Part shown: piece after piece, positions 43,801 through 57,829 of the stretch | Layout: each line of letters begins with the position of its first letter | Numbering within the stretch: position 1 is the first letter of the stretch | NCBI GenBank assembly: GCA_951406725.2 | Contig: OX597817.1 | Span: 150,908,001-150,972,000 of the forward strand | Length of the DNA stretch: 64,000 nucleotides | Direction: 5' to 3' | Origin: Octopus vulgaris | Taxonomy: Eukaryota | Notes under the pieces: generated by a model | Told to the model about the DNA's origin: nothing | Seen by the model: only the letters and a program-made list of their open reading frames with translations | Databases searched by the model: none | Position numbers and translations under genes: made by a program

Positions 43801-46800
43801 TGGTACTTATAGTGGAACTGAGCCATTGAAACCATGCCAAAATATTGGCATAAACAACGAAGTTGACTTAATTTGTTATTTTTTTCTGCAGCTATGCAGG
43901 CCAGATGACAAAGGATTTTGGTGGATGGAGAGGGGATATAAGTCCCATCCAAACTATGTCAACATGGAAAAATGGATGTATGAGGATTATCATGATCTGA
44001 TTAAATTACTGGTGAAGTTAAAAAAAAAGGTTTCAATTATAGAGGTATGACCATACTGGGGCATAATCTTCAGGGTTTTTTTTCTTAAAGTTAATCATAT
44101 TGATCCCTGCACTTATTTCATTGACCTTTATCAAATGGCTTAAGTTGCCCTTTAACACAAAGAGACACAACTTGATACACTGGTATGCATGTACATGCAT
44201 GCGCATGCACACACACAATGGCCTTTCATACAGTTTACATCAGTCAAATTCCACTCACAAGGTAATGAGTGAAATTTGGCAGAAGACAGAAGAAGACACT
44301 TTCCCAAATTGCCATGCAGTGGGATTGAACCTTCTATTTTGAAGCAAACCTCTTAACCATGTGTATATGCCTAAGAGTGTATAAGATACAGAATAGGGTT
44401 TAAAAAATATTTTATATGCACATGGATATACTGTATTTTGACACACATACATGCACACACACAATCATCATCATCGTTTAACGTCTATATTCCATGCTGG
44501 TATGGGTTGGACAGTTTGACTGAAAACTGGTAAGCTGGGGAACTGCTTCAGGTTCCAATCTGATTTGGCAAGGTTTCTATGGCTGGATGTCCTTCCTAAT
44601 GCCAACCACTCCAAGAGTGTAGCGGGTGATTTTTACATGCCACATATATATATATTAGTGACAGTATGGCCAAGTGGTTAGCCTGTTGCATTCATGATTG
44701 CTAGGTTGTGGGTTCAATTCCCAGACCAAGCAGTGCATTGTGTTGTGTTCTTGAGCAAAACACTCAGTTTTATTTTACTCCAGTACTCCTTTTGATCAGC
44801 GATGAGGTGGGGTGGATCTTGGCCTGCTCACTTAGCCAGTGGGGTGGCATCACTGGAAGACTGAAATGATGCAACAAAGTGCATTGTGACCAGCTTTGTG
44901 AAACAACAACTGAGAATCTGGTCAGTCACGTGGTATATACACACATGTATCACAGATGAACAAAAGGTATCACTAGAATTAAATAAATACATTAGGGACT
45001 TTTAGACAGAAACATCATCAAAGAATTTTTTTTTTTTTGATATTTCAGCTATCCATCAGTTACAATAGACATTTGAATAAAATAAATAAATAAAATCTCC
45101 ATTGAGACTAAACTAATTTTATTTTCACAGCACATATAATCTAATAGACAGACACAGCAGAATGTTAAAATATCTAGAATACTTCATTGGAGGATACACT
45201 CCAACAGCAAAAGTAACTAAACCCTTTTGCTACCAACTCACCTGAAACTAATACAAATTCCGTTTTAAAGAGATCCAAATTAAAGCCTCCCATCAAAATT
45301 TCTTGTTGATTTATGTTCCAAATGCCATGACAAAACTGTTTTAATAAATCCTTCATTGTTCTAAACAAATTAACTGAATTAAAGGAAGGCACATAAAATG
45401 CACCATCCAAACGTGGCCAATGCCAGCGCTGCCTTGACTGGCTTCTGTGCCGGTGGCATGTAAAAAGCACCAACCGATTGTGGACATTGCCAGCCTCCCC
45501 TGGCACCTGTGCCGGCGGCATGTAAAAAGCACCCACAACACTCACAGAGTGGTTGGTGTTAGGAAGGGCATCCAGCTGTAGAAACACTGCCAGATCAGAC
45601 TGGAGCCTGGTGCAGCCTCCTGGCTTACCAGACCCCAGTTGAACTGTCCAACCTATGCTAGCATGGAAAACGGACATTAAACGATGATGATAACAAGAGG
45701 GTTAGGCAAAGTATAAATGCCATTATATACCAAGACAGTCTTTTTAATACAAAATTGTTTGCCTCTATTTAACAAATCAGCAGTGAGGAAACTAAAAGAA
45801 AAAAAAAAAAATTGGGTGTCTATATTAGTATTTTTGGTTGAAAATAATGATGTAAATTTAGTGCATATTACTAATGATATTTTGTAAATACCACAACCAC
45901 AAGACTGTAGTATCAAGGACAAGCACAAAATTAATAATTTTATACCTCCAAATGAGGTAGGGTTGTGATGAAAGCCAACAATATATTTACTATTACTAAC
46001 TTGCTAATATGTTTCCAAAAAGAATCACTGAATTATCTAAAAGATATATTTTGTAACTTATTCACAGAAAGCAGGGCAGCTCCCCAGACCTTCTTTCAAG
46101 GTTACAAGACTGGTAGGAGACAATTAAGTGACAAATCAAACAACCCAAAATTTAATATAGGTTTGATATAGGTTTCTTACTTTATGCAATTAGCAGAAGT
46201 GCTAATGAACGAGAGAATTAAATAACTAATTAACAATGGAAATAAAAATTGTCTATACTGGCTCTCCTCTATTAATACAAAGAATTTTAAGTGTATGTAC
46301 AATTGAATTACCAACTAAAAGATTTTGTGTTCTAATCCACTGAAGGTATCTTATGAAACATATTTAGTAATTGTACATCCTTAAGCTTAGTTAGATGGCT
46401 AATTAATAAAATTAGTAGCATATCAAACTAAATACCTAGCAGTATTTGTTTCAGCTCTAAGTTTCAAGTTCAAATTCCACTGAGGTTACCAGTGTTTTTT
46501 AAACTTCTAGTCAATAAAATAAATTCAAGGACAAGGCTGGAATTGTTAGAGCTTTGGACAAAATATATTCGAGCTTTGAACATTCCCAACGCACAGGCAG
46601 ATGTAGCAGACTTCTATGCATGTAGCCAACAAAATGGTGTTTTGCAGAAAATTACTTGTAGGAGTGGGGGATCACCTTAGTATTCATCCATAAAAATTCC
46701 ATGATAAATACCATATTTAATGGCATAAAAGTTATGGGCATATTAGACATGCTTCTATTTCAGAGCTGCATTAAAACATGTAATATAAGCCTAATGTTAC

Positions 46801-46913
46801 ATACTGGATTTGGGGGTGATATTTTCGAGATATTTTTCAGACAAAAGTGCATCTCATATTCTATTGAAATAAATCACCATGGGTTGCTTATAAATCTGAT
46901 GACAAGGAAGGAT

Positions 46914-47452
46914 GAGGCGCAGGGAATGGTTGAGGCGCAGGGAATGGTTGAGGCGCAGGGAATGGTTGAGGCGCGGGGGAAAGGTTGAGGCGCGGGGGAA
47001 AGGTTGAGGCGCGGGGGAAAGGTTGAGGCGCGGGGGAAAGGTTGAGGCGCGGGGGAAAGGTTGAGGCGCGGGGGAAAGGTTGAGGCGCGGGGGAAAGGTT
47101 GAGGCGCGGGGGAAAGGTTGAGGCGCGGGGGAAAGGTTGAGGCGCGGGGGAAAGGTTGAGGCGCGGGGGAAAGGTTGAGGCGCGGGGGAAAGGTTGAGGC
47201 GCGGGGGAAAGGTTGAGGCGCGGGGGAAAGGTTGAGGCGCGGGGGAAAGGTTGAGGCGCGGGGGAAAGGTTGAGGCGCGGGGGAAAGGTTGAGGCACGGG
47301 GGAAAGGTTGAGGCGCGAGGAAAGGACAAGGCGTGGGGAAAGGACAAGGCGGGGGAAAGGTTGAGGCGCGAGGAAAGGACAAGGCGTGGGGAAAGGACAA
47401 GGCGTGGGGAAAGGACGAGGCACGGGGGAAAGGATGAGGCACGAGGAAAGGA
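46914..47452. repeat. G-rich minisatellite: 3x18-bp + 17 perfect 19-bp units (GAGGCGCGGGGGAAAGGTT) + diverged 18-bp units
   Basis: Directly visible; perfect block 46968-47290. Confidence 0.97.
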
Positions 47453-50400
47453 AGAACAATCAGAGTAAATTGTTGGAAATAAGTAAGATAATCAGGTAAT
47501 GTAACAGAAGTAGATTGATGTTCTATTTAATAATTTATCTTTCACATTTGATAAATATGGAGGCACTTTTTTCTCAGAATTTTGAGCAATAAATTTTTGT
47601 CACATAGCAAAAACTTAAGACTAGGTTTTATACTATTGGATATGTAAGTGAAATCAAGGACACAATTTTTTAAAGTTTTGGACTGGCTTGATAGCTTCAC
47701 TGAAAAAACAAAAATCATTGATCAAATAAGGACAAACAAAACAGTCACTCTTAATTTCCTGCACCCAAATAGTAATAAAATTAGTCATACATTTTACACA
47801 TACTTCTTTCATAAAGTAGTCTCATGTATCAGTGAAACAGGTCAACTATGTAAGCACCCTTCGTTTCTATTACCTGGACAGTCAGGTGAAAAAGGTGCTG
47901 AGAGACTTTTTTTTAAAGTGTGGTGTGAGTTTTCCAGTTAACTTTTAGTATGTCTAGCAACTATATTTCAACTAATGTCTACTAAAAAATAAAGCTTGAA
48001 GTATCTTTTTTTTCTTCATATTTGTTAATTATCATTTCATAAAAAACTTGATATTTTTATTTTAAAGCAGCTGGTCATGTTTTAGATTATAACATTTAAA
48101 TACAAAGAAACAAAGAAAGAAAAAAGGAGGTTAAGCAGCAGAAAATGGAGAGTGAGGGGGCAGTGGGCCACATATCCCAGAACAAATGGTGTGCTCAGCT
48201 GTGCCCCTCCCCACCAATCATGCCATGGAGAATGGTCAGCAGCACTCACTGAAGAAGCCACTCTACCTCATGGGGCTCATTTCTCAGACAGGCCACTGTT
48301 ATCCTGATTTGGCAGAGAAAATTAGTAGTGTAGGGTTTGAAGAACACCTGTGGTCATAATGGCAATTGACACAAACTGATAGCAGCTGGTCAGGCCCCTG
48401 TGTTTATTTAATTTTTCTCTATTTTATCTTTAAATTGTCTTGCTTTTGATAAAATTACTTATTTCTTTATTGCCCACAAGAGACTAAACATAGAGGGGAC
48501 AAACAAGGACACACAAAAGGATTAAGTTGATTACATCGACCCCTGTGCATAACTGGTACTTAATTTATTGACCCCGAAATAATGAAAGGCGGAATTTGAA
48601 CTGAGAACAAAATGGAAGACAAAATACCTATTTCTTTACTACCCACAAGGGGCTAAACACAGTGAAGACAAACAAGGACAGATAAAAGGATTAAGTCGAT
48701 TATATCAACCCCAGTGCATAACTGGTACTTATTTAATCAACCCCGAAAGGATGAAAGGCAAAGTCGACCTCAGCGGAATTTGAACTCAGAATGTAATGGC
48801 AGACAAAATACCGCTAAGCATTTCGCCTGGCATGCTAACGTTTCTGCCAGCTCGCTGCTTTGATAAAATTACTGTTACCAAAAGTCCCACAGAAAACACC
48901 ATACAGATTTCATATTGCTAAAAACAATTATGAAATACATTTTCTTCGTTAAGAGCTTCCCCCATGCAACAACACTAAACAAGAACACCTGGCAAATAAG
49001 GGAACGGTGTTCAAAGGCAATTAAGAGAGGTGATAATATTAGTTGGCTTCCTTGTGTAAACAGAAAGAATCAAATAAATGTAAGTCTCAATAAAAAAAGG
49101 GGTGTGGAATTTTATCAAGTTGGGAAGTGAATGTTTAATAAATTGATGAGAGATAGTATCAACAAGGAGGTAATTGAAAGAAAATATTTATATAATTATA
49201 TACTGTGTCAATGAGAAAAGAGAAAAAAAATAAGGTAAAATATAGATATATTTTGTTATTGAAGCAATTCTCGTCTCTGTCAGTTATAAATAAGTGTTTT
49301 TGTAGGGCGCCAACTGACAATATGCTATAAAGTGTTTTAAATTCTCAAATTGAGGAAACATTTAATAAATTATTTCATATGCGATAAAAGCTAGCAATTA
49401 TAACCATATGGTACATAATATGTTATATAAGTGTAGATAATTGCAGCATTTATGCTACATATGCCTACTTTAGGCAGAGTTCAACTTTTACTTCCTGGCA
49501 GAAGGAGGCAATTAAGGAATACATGATGGGTACATCAAGAAAATACATCACCTGCTAATTCTTACTCTGTGTGTGTGTGTGTATAGAATGGTGTAGAGGA
49601 AATGGGCGACATATTTTCAATGACAATTTTGGGAACAAAAGTGTTGTTGGTTTCAGGTTTCTAACAAACTAACCACTGGATCATTACATTTATGGTACAA
49701 AGAGTAACAAGGGACTGTCTATGTATCTCAGTGGAATACCACAAGGTAGTTTTGTTTGACACATCAAATTATCTTTTACCACTAAACATCATTATTCACA
49801 CACACACACAAAATGGGTCTTTGTAGTTTCTGCCAACAAATTCTTACAAAAATGATGAAAAAAAAAAAAAAAAAAAATCTTCCAGTTGAGTTGCACCTTT
49901 TTCGTGGCCACTAGCAGATCAAAGACAATCATTGTACATACACATATAGACACACATAAAAAGCTAATATATCCCTTCTCCTAAACATGACTAGAAGGTA
50001 ACAAGACCCCTAGACAGCCCCACAAATGCTAGGTCTCACCAACACTTAATATCTTTCATGGCAAATACATATCCTTAATTTAGCAAAGACCGCATAACAA
50101 AGGCTGCTGGCCTTCCTCTTCAGGAGCCAGAGAATACTTTGACCTTCAACAACTATTAAACAATTACAAAGCTCAGGTGGGACCCATAATAGAATTCTGC
50201 TCTCACAATTAGAACATCCAGATATTCTAGACTTCATATAAAAGAAAATAATAATGAAAAAAAACCCCCAAAAACAAACAGGCCCCACCACCCTAACTCC
50301 AGACTGATTGGCATGAAGTCACTCCACCATCAACACACTAACCTATGACTAACAGACATGCTTTTTGCCTTTTCTTTTGGTTCTACTAAGTTGACTGGTC

Positions 50401-53400
50401 CATGTCACCAACATCCAAGTATTTCCAACTCATTCCTCTCCCCTCACTTATACTGTGCCCTCCATTTCCCTTCCTTAGCCTTGTACTATGTCCTCACCTC
50501 TGCAGTCAATTCACACCACTCTCAATCAGCCCTCAAGAATTTTTTGAATGCTGGCGCAAGTTTTTTCTTGAAGCCATCAACTTACAACCATATATGAAGA
50601 ACATCAACAGCATCAATCCTGCCATTTTCAGAAGGCCTGTGATGACCCCAGGCAAATCCCTTCTTCCAGATCAAACCAATTAAAAAACAAAAAAAAACTC
50701 CACTCAGTCTGAGGGTATAAAGGACACTTGCTCAAAGTGCAGCATGATGGGATTGAACTCGAAAGCCTGTGGTTGCTAAACAAAATTTAAACCACACAGC
50801 CATGCTTATTAAACTAAGCACTGAGCTGAGCTCACAATGTGGTAGTAATTCTTAGTTGTAACTATTGTACTTGACTAACATAAAAAATCATGGACACCAC
50901 AGCTTTCATTTCTCTTTCCTAAAGCACTTAAAATTTCATGCCTAAGTGACAGAGAAAACAATGGAAAGCCATATCTAAAAAGAAGTTATCAGACAGAGTC
51001 ATTGTAAGTTATATCTGGAAAGACATGATTTTATGAATGGTAATGATATTCTCCACAATCTAAAAAAGGTTATCAAATACAGTCATTGTAAATTACGGCT
51101 GGAAGCATGGATTTTATGAATGGATACTTACTGTGGTAAAGACTAGGTGGTGTAAATGTATGTCAGTTTGCTGAACAAAATTGAAAGTGCCTGAAAGTGG
51201 AAAATGAGCTGAATAATACTAAATAGAATAAACGGCTGCCATTGATGTTGTTTAGTTCTTGATCAATCCTTATCACATATACTGATTATCAATGGCAGTC
51301 CAACAATGACCTTCTCCAAGCAGAACTGTATTCTATTTAGTAGTATTTAGGAACACATTATCTAATATGTTTCCTCATTTTTAAGATGGTAGGGCATTAC
51401 TTGAAGGAAATTTGGCTGCTATTTCTAGTAAGGTGAATGACCACATAAAGGGTTCTACATTGGTAGTTTTGCAGGGTAAAATGGTTATGAGCAGGAATTT
51501 TTATAGTATAAATACCAGAACCAAAAAATCAGTGAAAGAGTATGTCCTGAATTAGGATTTGAACAGAAAGATTTAACTTTTCTCAACAAGTTTTCTTTAT
51601 TAACCTTTACAGAAAGGGTCATACCTACAGTTTTTCATCTTGCTCTGATGAACTTTCTGGTACCCCCTGTCATTTTCTTATCTTCCCAGGTACATAGTTT
51701 CTCTTTTGAGCTCCATGTTAGTCATAACTCTTTTTGTTCTAATAGCTTTTTTTTCTCCAATTGCTGCTCTCTGGAACTCACTACCATCATTTTGTTTTAC
51801 TCTGGTCTATGATATCCCTTATACTACAGTGGCCTCAACCCTTGCTTGCAGAGGGATCGACAAAGGGATAGTGACAGCCAAGGAAATTCAGATAGTCCTA
51901 ACAGATCCTCCTAGAGTGGTGTGGTTAAACTCGAGCAGATTGATATTAGTATGTGATGGTGCTATGTAAAAAGCACCCACTACACTCTTGGAGTGGTTGG
52001 CATTAAGAAAGGCATCTGGCTGTAGAAACCAAGCCAAAACAGACTCTGGAACCTGGTGTGGATCCTGGCTTTGCCAGTTCCAGTCAAGCCATCAAACCTA
52101 TGCCTGCATGGAAAATGGACATTAAATGTTGATATCTGTAAGAAGAAAATATGTGGATAATAGGTAAGGAATTTTAAAGTAATGTATTTGAGGTAAAAAA
52201 AAAAGACTTGGTTGTGAAGAGAAGACCAAACACAACAAGGCAGATACAACAAAATGTGAGATTTAGTATTTGGTTTGTGTCTTGGACAGGGAACTGAGAC
52301 ACTCCTGCCTCATTTAGTAAGAGAAAAAGTTAGAAGAGAAATATGATTTGTTGGTAGAATAACAGATCTTCATAGTTGAAACCAAACATTGTCTTCACTT
52401 TTATCCTTTCCTTGTTTCAGTCATTGAACTGCGACCATGTTGGGGCACCCCTCTGAAGGGTTTACTTGCATAAATTGACCCCAGTACTAATTCCTAAGTT
52501 TGGCACTTATTCTATTGATCACTTTTGCTGAACACATGTTGAGCACTGGTGGGGACTAAAAACACACAAACACACAAGTTTTCACACAATTTCAGTCTTC
52601 CGAATTCACTCACAAGGCATTGGTCAGCTCAGTGCCATAGTATGAGACACTTTCTCAAAGTGCCAAGCTATAGAACTAAACTTGAAAGCATCTTAACAAC
52701 ACAACCATGCTTGTCATATTCTTTTACTTATTTCAGTCATTTGACTGCGGCCATGCTGGAGCACCGCCTTTAGTTGAACAATTTGACCTCAGGACTTATT
52801 CTTTGTAAGCCTAGTACTTATTCTATCAGTCTCTTTTTGCTGAACCACTAAGTTACGGGGATGTGAACACACTAACATCGGTTGTCAAGCAATGGTGGGG
52901 GGGGGACAAACAGACACACACACACATATGATAGGCTTCTTTCAGTTTCTGTCTACCAAATCCACTCACAAGGCTTTGGTCGGCCTGAGACAATAGTAGA
53001 AGACACTTGCCCAAGGTGCCACGCAGTGGGACTGAACCCGGAGCCATGTGGTTGGTAAGCAAGCTACTTACCACACAGCCACTCCTGCGAATTTTTAGAA
53101 AATAAAATCAACCATTTACCAGTTCTTTCTCAATATACATCTGCAACCCTCATTGGAACTGTACTATAGTAATAATTCCAGTGTTCATTTCAACATGTAA
53201 AATATATTTCTTTTAATACAGTGGTTAAACTCGTCATTAGACAACAAGCACCATGAAAGAGTAGCCTCTATGTGTTTACTCAATCTGCTAGAAATAGCAA
53301 CCAAATTTCTCTATGGTCACATTGACTAATGTGATCCTGGATATGCTGTCTGAAAATAAGTGGGATGGTCAAGGCTGTTAGACCTTTGATCAAGGCAGTC

Positions 53401-53877
53401 CTGGACTAAACAACAACAATATTCAACTAATTGCTAACACAGTCTGCTAGAAATAGCAGCTAAATCTTCCTCTGTTATCATGTTAGCTAATGTAATCCTA
53501 AAAAAGACTACGTCTCAAAACCGATGGGATGGTCATGCCTTTGATTGTAGCTGTACTTGATCAAGGCAGTCTTGAGCCTAAACAACAACAACAACAAAAT
53601 GATCTGATATTAGTTTGATGTAAGTCTGACAAGAAGGAACTGAATGGGTATGGGCATTGTGTTGACTCATCAGAATATATTAACGTATAATACAAACACG
53701 CTGAAGTCATTGCAGTTGGTTAATAAGGAGAAAAGCAATTTCAGTTCAGTTGTCGAGACGTCAGTTGTGGCAGCAGACTGTTTGCCAGTGTTGGAATGAC
53801 TGATGTTATCAATGAATCTCCAGTCATTCATTGTAGAAGATGGAATGGTAAGAAGTTCTTTAAGTGTAGAGTGTCTT

Positions 53878-55110
53878 GAGAGAGAGAGAGAGAGAGGTAG
53901 AGAGCAGGAGAGAGAGAGGGAAAGAGAGAGGGAACGAGTGGGGAGAGACGGGGAGAGAGGGAGGAGAGATGGGGAGAGAGGGAGGGAGAGGAGAGAGAGA
54001 GGAGGGAGAGAGAGAGAAGAGAGAGAGAGGAGAGAGAGAGATAGAGAGGAAGAGAGAGAGATAGAGAGGAAGAGAGAGAGAGATAGAGAGGAAGAGAGAG
54101 AGAGATAGAGAGGAAGAGAGAGAGAGATAGAGAGGAAGAGAGAGAGAGAGATAGAGAGGAAGAGAGAGAGAGATAGAGAGGAAGAGAGAGAGAGATAGAG
54201 AGGTGGAAGAGAGAGAGAGAGATAGAGAGGTGGAAGAGAGAGAGAGATAGAGAGGTGGAAGAGAGAGATAGAGAGGTGGAAGAGAGAGAGATAGAGAGGT
54301 GGAAGAGAGAGAGAGAGAGAGGTGGAAGAGAGAGAGAGAGAGAGGTGGAAGAGAGAGAGAGAGAGAGGTGGAAGAGAGAGAGAGAGGTGGAAGAGAGAGA
54401 GAGAGAGAGGTGGAAGAGAGAGAGAGAGAGAGGGTGGAGAGAGAGAGAGAGAGAGGTGGAAGAGAGAGAGAGAGAGGTGGAAGAGAGATAGAGAGAGGTG
54501 GAAGAGAGATAGAGAGAGGTGGAAGAGAGATAGAGAGAGGTGGAAGAGAGATAGAGAGAGGTGGAAGAGAGATAGAGAGAGGAAGAGAGAGAGAGGAAGA
54601 GAGATAGAGAGAGAGAGGAAGAGAGATAGAGAGAGAGAGGAAGAGAGATAGAGAGAAGAGGAGAGATAGAGAGAAGAGAGAGATAGAGAGAAGAGAGAGA
54701 TAGAGAGAAGAGAGAGATAGTGAGAAGAGAGAGATAGAGAGAAGAGAGAGATAGAGAGAAGAGGAGAGATAGAGAGAAGAGAGAGATAGAGAGAAGAGGA
54801 GAGATAGAGAGAAGAGGAGAGATAGAGAGAAGAGGAGAGATAGAGAGAAGAGGAGAGATAGAGAGAAGAGGAGAGAGAAGGAAGGAAGGAGAGGGTAGAG
54901 AGAGAAGGAGAGTGAGAGGAGATAGAGAGAAAGGAAATAGACAAGAGAGTGAAAGGGAAAAAATGAAGAGAAAGTGAAAAGAATGAAAGAAAGAAAAAAT
55001 TGAAAGAGAAAAAACTACTGGGAAAGAAAGAAAAAGAGCAGGAAAGAAAAAGGAAAGTGAAGGAAAAAGGAGAGAAAGTGAAAGAAAAAGGAAAGAGGAA
55101 AAGATGTAGA
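53878..55110. repeat. Compound (GA)n/GATA/GGTGGAA polypurine tract, ~1.2 kb
   Basis: Directly visible; source of the spurious 502-aa S/L and E/R ORFs. Confidence 0.97.
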
Positions 55111-55389
55111 TAAAGAAACAGAATGTGTCTTTGTAAAAGTAATAAGATCTTGTAGTAGTTAGCTTTGGTAGATGCCATATATTAAAGATTTCCTGACACC
55201 ACTAATGGAAAAACACTTTAACAATACACTTTAAATTTCATATTTCACAGCCTAACTTGCAGACATATTACAAAAGATAACTTAGACTTTACATACTTTT
55301 TATTATTTCATATGTTTATTTTTTTTCTTCTCCATCACAAAAGAATAAAACAAAATAAAATAAAATAAAACTACTCGTTTATTCATATG

Positions 55390-55795
55390 AAGTTTATATA
55401 ATACAACCAGAGATATTGCTGACGTCTTCATAATTATAAACCTAGAGATTGCTGAAGTCTTACATAATGCAAACCTAGAGATTGCTGTAATCTATATAAC
55501 AGAAACCTACAGATTACTGAAGTCTATATAAATACAAGACATTACTGTCGTCTGTATTGTACAATCAGAAATTGCTTAAGCCAATATAATATAAACTGAA
55601 GTCTATACAGCACAAACCTAAAGGCTGCTGTTGTCTTATATAATACAAACCAAGAGATTTCTATACTTTCACATAATACAAGCCTAAAAGATTGCTGTAG
55701 TCTTTAATACAAGCCTAGAGATATTGCTGAAGTCTGTATAACAAACCTAGAGATTGCTGTAGTTTATATAATAGAAACCTAAATGTCGCTGAAGC
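55390..55795. repeat. Degenerate ~32-bp tandem array (ATAATACAAACCTAGAGATTGCTGAAGTCTAT)
   Basis: About 12 recognisable diverged units. Confidence 0.85.
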
Positions 55796-56180
55796 ACATA
55801 TTATATATTTATCTTTTACTAGTTTCAGCCATTAGACTGTGGCCATGCTGGGGCACTGCCTTGAAAAATATTAGTTACATGAATCAACTCCAGTACATTT
55901 ATTTTTCAGTTCAGCACTTATTTCATCAGTGTCTCTTGCTGAACCACTAAGTTATGGGAATGTAAACACACCAACACCAGTTGTCAAGTGGTGGTGGGAA
56001 ACCAACAGACACACACACAAACACGACAGGCTTCTTTCAGTTTCCTTCTACCAAATCCATTCACAAGGGTTTGGTCAGCCCGAAACTATGGGAGAAGACA
56101 CTTGCTCAACAGGACACACAGTAAGACTGACCCTGGAACCATGTGGTTGGGAAGCAAACTTCTCACCACACAGCCACACC

Positions 56181-56236
<56 letters not shown>

Positions 56237-56662
56237 CATACATACATACAGGCTTCTGCATAGTTTCTATCTACCAAACTCACTCGCAAAGCTTTGGTTG
56301 GCCTGGAACTATAGCAGAAGAAACTTGCTAAAGTGCCACACAGTGGTATTGAACTTGAAACTACATGGTTGCACAGTAAGCTTCTTAACACACAACCATG
56401 CCAATCATTCCAGTATATTTGCAAAATGAATCTAAGATTGCATAATCCGATATCCTTCAATTTATAAGTTGGTAACAAGTGATTTGGAAGAATTTTGGCC
56501 ACTATTTTTAGAAGGTTGAGTACCCCTGTAGTAGCTTCCTTTATTGGCAAGAGAAAGTCCTGAGCAGAGGAACTGAAGAACTAGGCTGATACATGAAGAT
56601 TAAGAAGAGATTACAAAAGTTATAATTTAGGAATTAATATCAATAGAAAGTTTTGAAATCTT

Positions 56663-56895
56663 AAGGCGGCAAGCTAGCAGAAATGTTAGCACACCGGGCA
56701 AAATGCTTAGCGGTATTTTGTCTGCCATTACGTTCTGAGTTCAAATTCCGCTGAGGTCGACTTTGCCTTTCATCCTTTCGGGGTTGATTAAATAAGTACC
56801 AGTTACACACTGGGGTTGATATAATTGACTTAATCCGTTTGTCTGTCCTTGTTTGTCTCACCTGTGTGTAGCCCCTTGTGGGTAGTAAAGAAATA
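56663..56895 (+). mobile_element. SINE family A
   Basis: Same consensus; 18-bp TSD AGAAAGTTTTGAAATCTT. Confidence 0.87.
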
Positions 56896-57829
56896 AGAAA
56901 GTTTTGAAATCTTCTTGGTAACAATCTTTAATCCAAATATTGCTTTCTTTTGATCAAGCTAATTTACATCTCGTTCCAGAATGATATAATTAGTTATGAG
57001 CTTGTAATTCATCTCATTAACCTCAAAAGGATGAAAAGTAAAGTTGATTCTAGAAAGATTTGAACTTTAAATGCAGATGGACAAAACTAAATACTGAAAA
57101 ACCTAGAGTCTGGCATCAACATTTTGGCCAATACCATCTTTATCATTTGTCAGTTACTGGACTGTGGTCATGCTGGAGCACGGCCTTGAAAGGTTTTAGC
57201 TGAATTGAGACCTTAGTACTTATAGTTTTTTAAAGTCTGGTACTTACTCTATAGGTCTCTTTTACCAAACTGCTAAGTTATAGAGGGTGTAAACAAACCA
57301 ACACAAGCTATCAAGCAGCACAAGGAGGTGATAAACACACACACACACAAATGGGTTTCCTTAAAGTTTTCATTCCAAATTCACAAGACACTGGGCTATA
57401 GCAGAAGACACTTACCAACGTGTGCTGTACAGTGGGACTGAACCAGAGACCACATCGTGGGGAAGTAAACCATGAGTTTACTTAATAATAAGCACACAGC
57501 CATGTCTTATTTTATCTAAAAGACTTCTTACCAGTTCTGTATTTGTGCAGAAACCATAAAAGCTACCAAAACTGGAATATCAACTTTAACGAATGTAATA
57601 CGTTTTAAACATTTTAATTTTGATTATAGTGGTATTCTTTCAAAACATTTAACAGGTCTGTTTCCAGAAAACAGACATTTATTTCTTACCAATCTTATTT
57701 TGCACAAAAAAACAAAATGTCTTTGCAAACTTGCCATCTTAACCCAAATTCACATGTGACATAAACAAGACTAGGTCTGTTGGTTTAATGAATCAATCAA
57801 CATTACTACAATATATTGTATATTTGTAA

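Noticed and set aside
46560-46905. Complex-looking unique sequence resembling a decayed exon or pseudogene
   Set aside because: Multiple stops in the minus-strand frames, short plus-strand ORFs without motifs, no consistent splice pair; needs tBLASTx
46854-47459. Three Pro-rich ORFs of 157-201 aa
   Set aside because: All three frames are open only because the 19-bp unit lacks stop codons
53670-55178. 502-aa minus-strand ORF and overlapping E/R-rich plus-strand ORFs
   Set aside because: Translations of the (GA)n/(TC)n tract. The non-repetitive tail (53670-53876) shows no recognisable domain; a plus-strand GTAAGA donor near 53848 has no supported partner.
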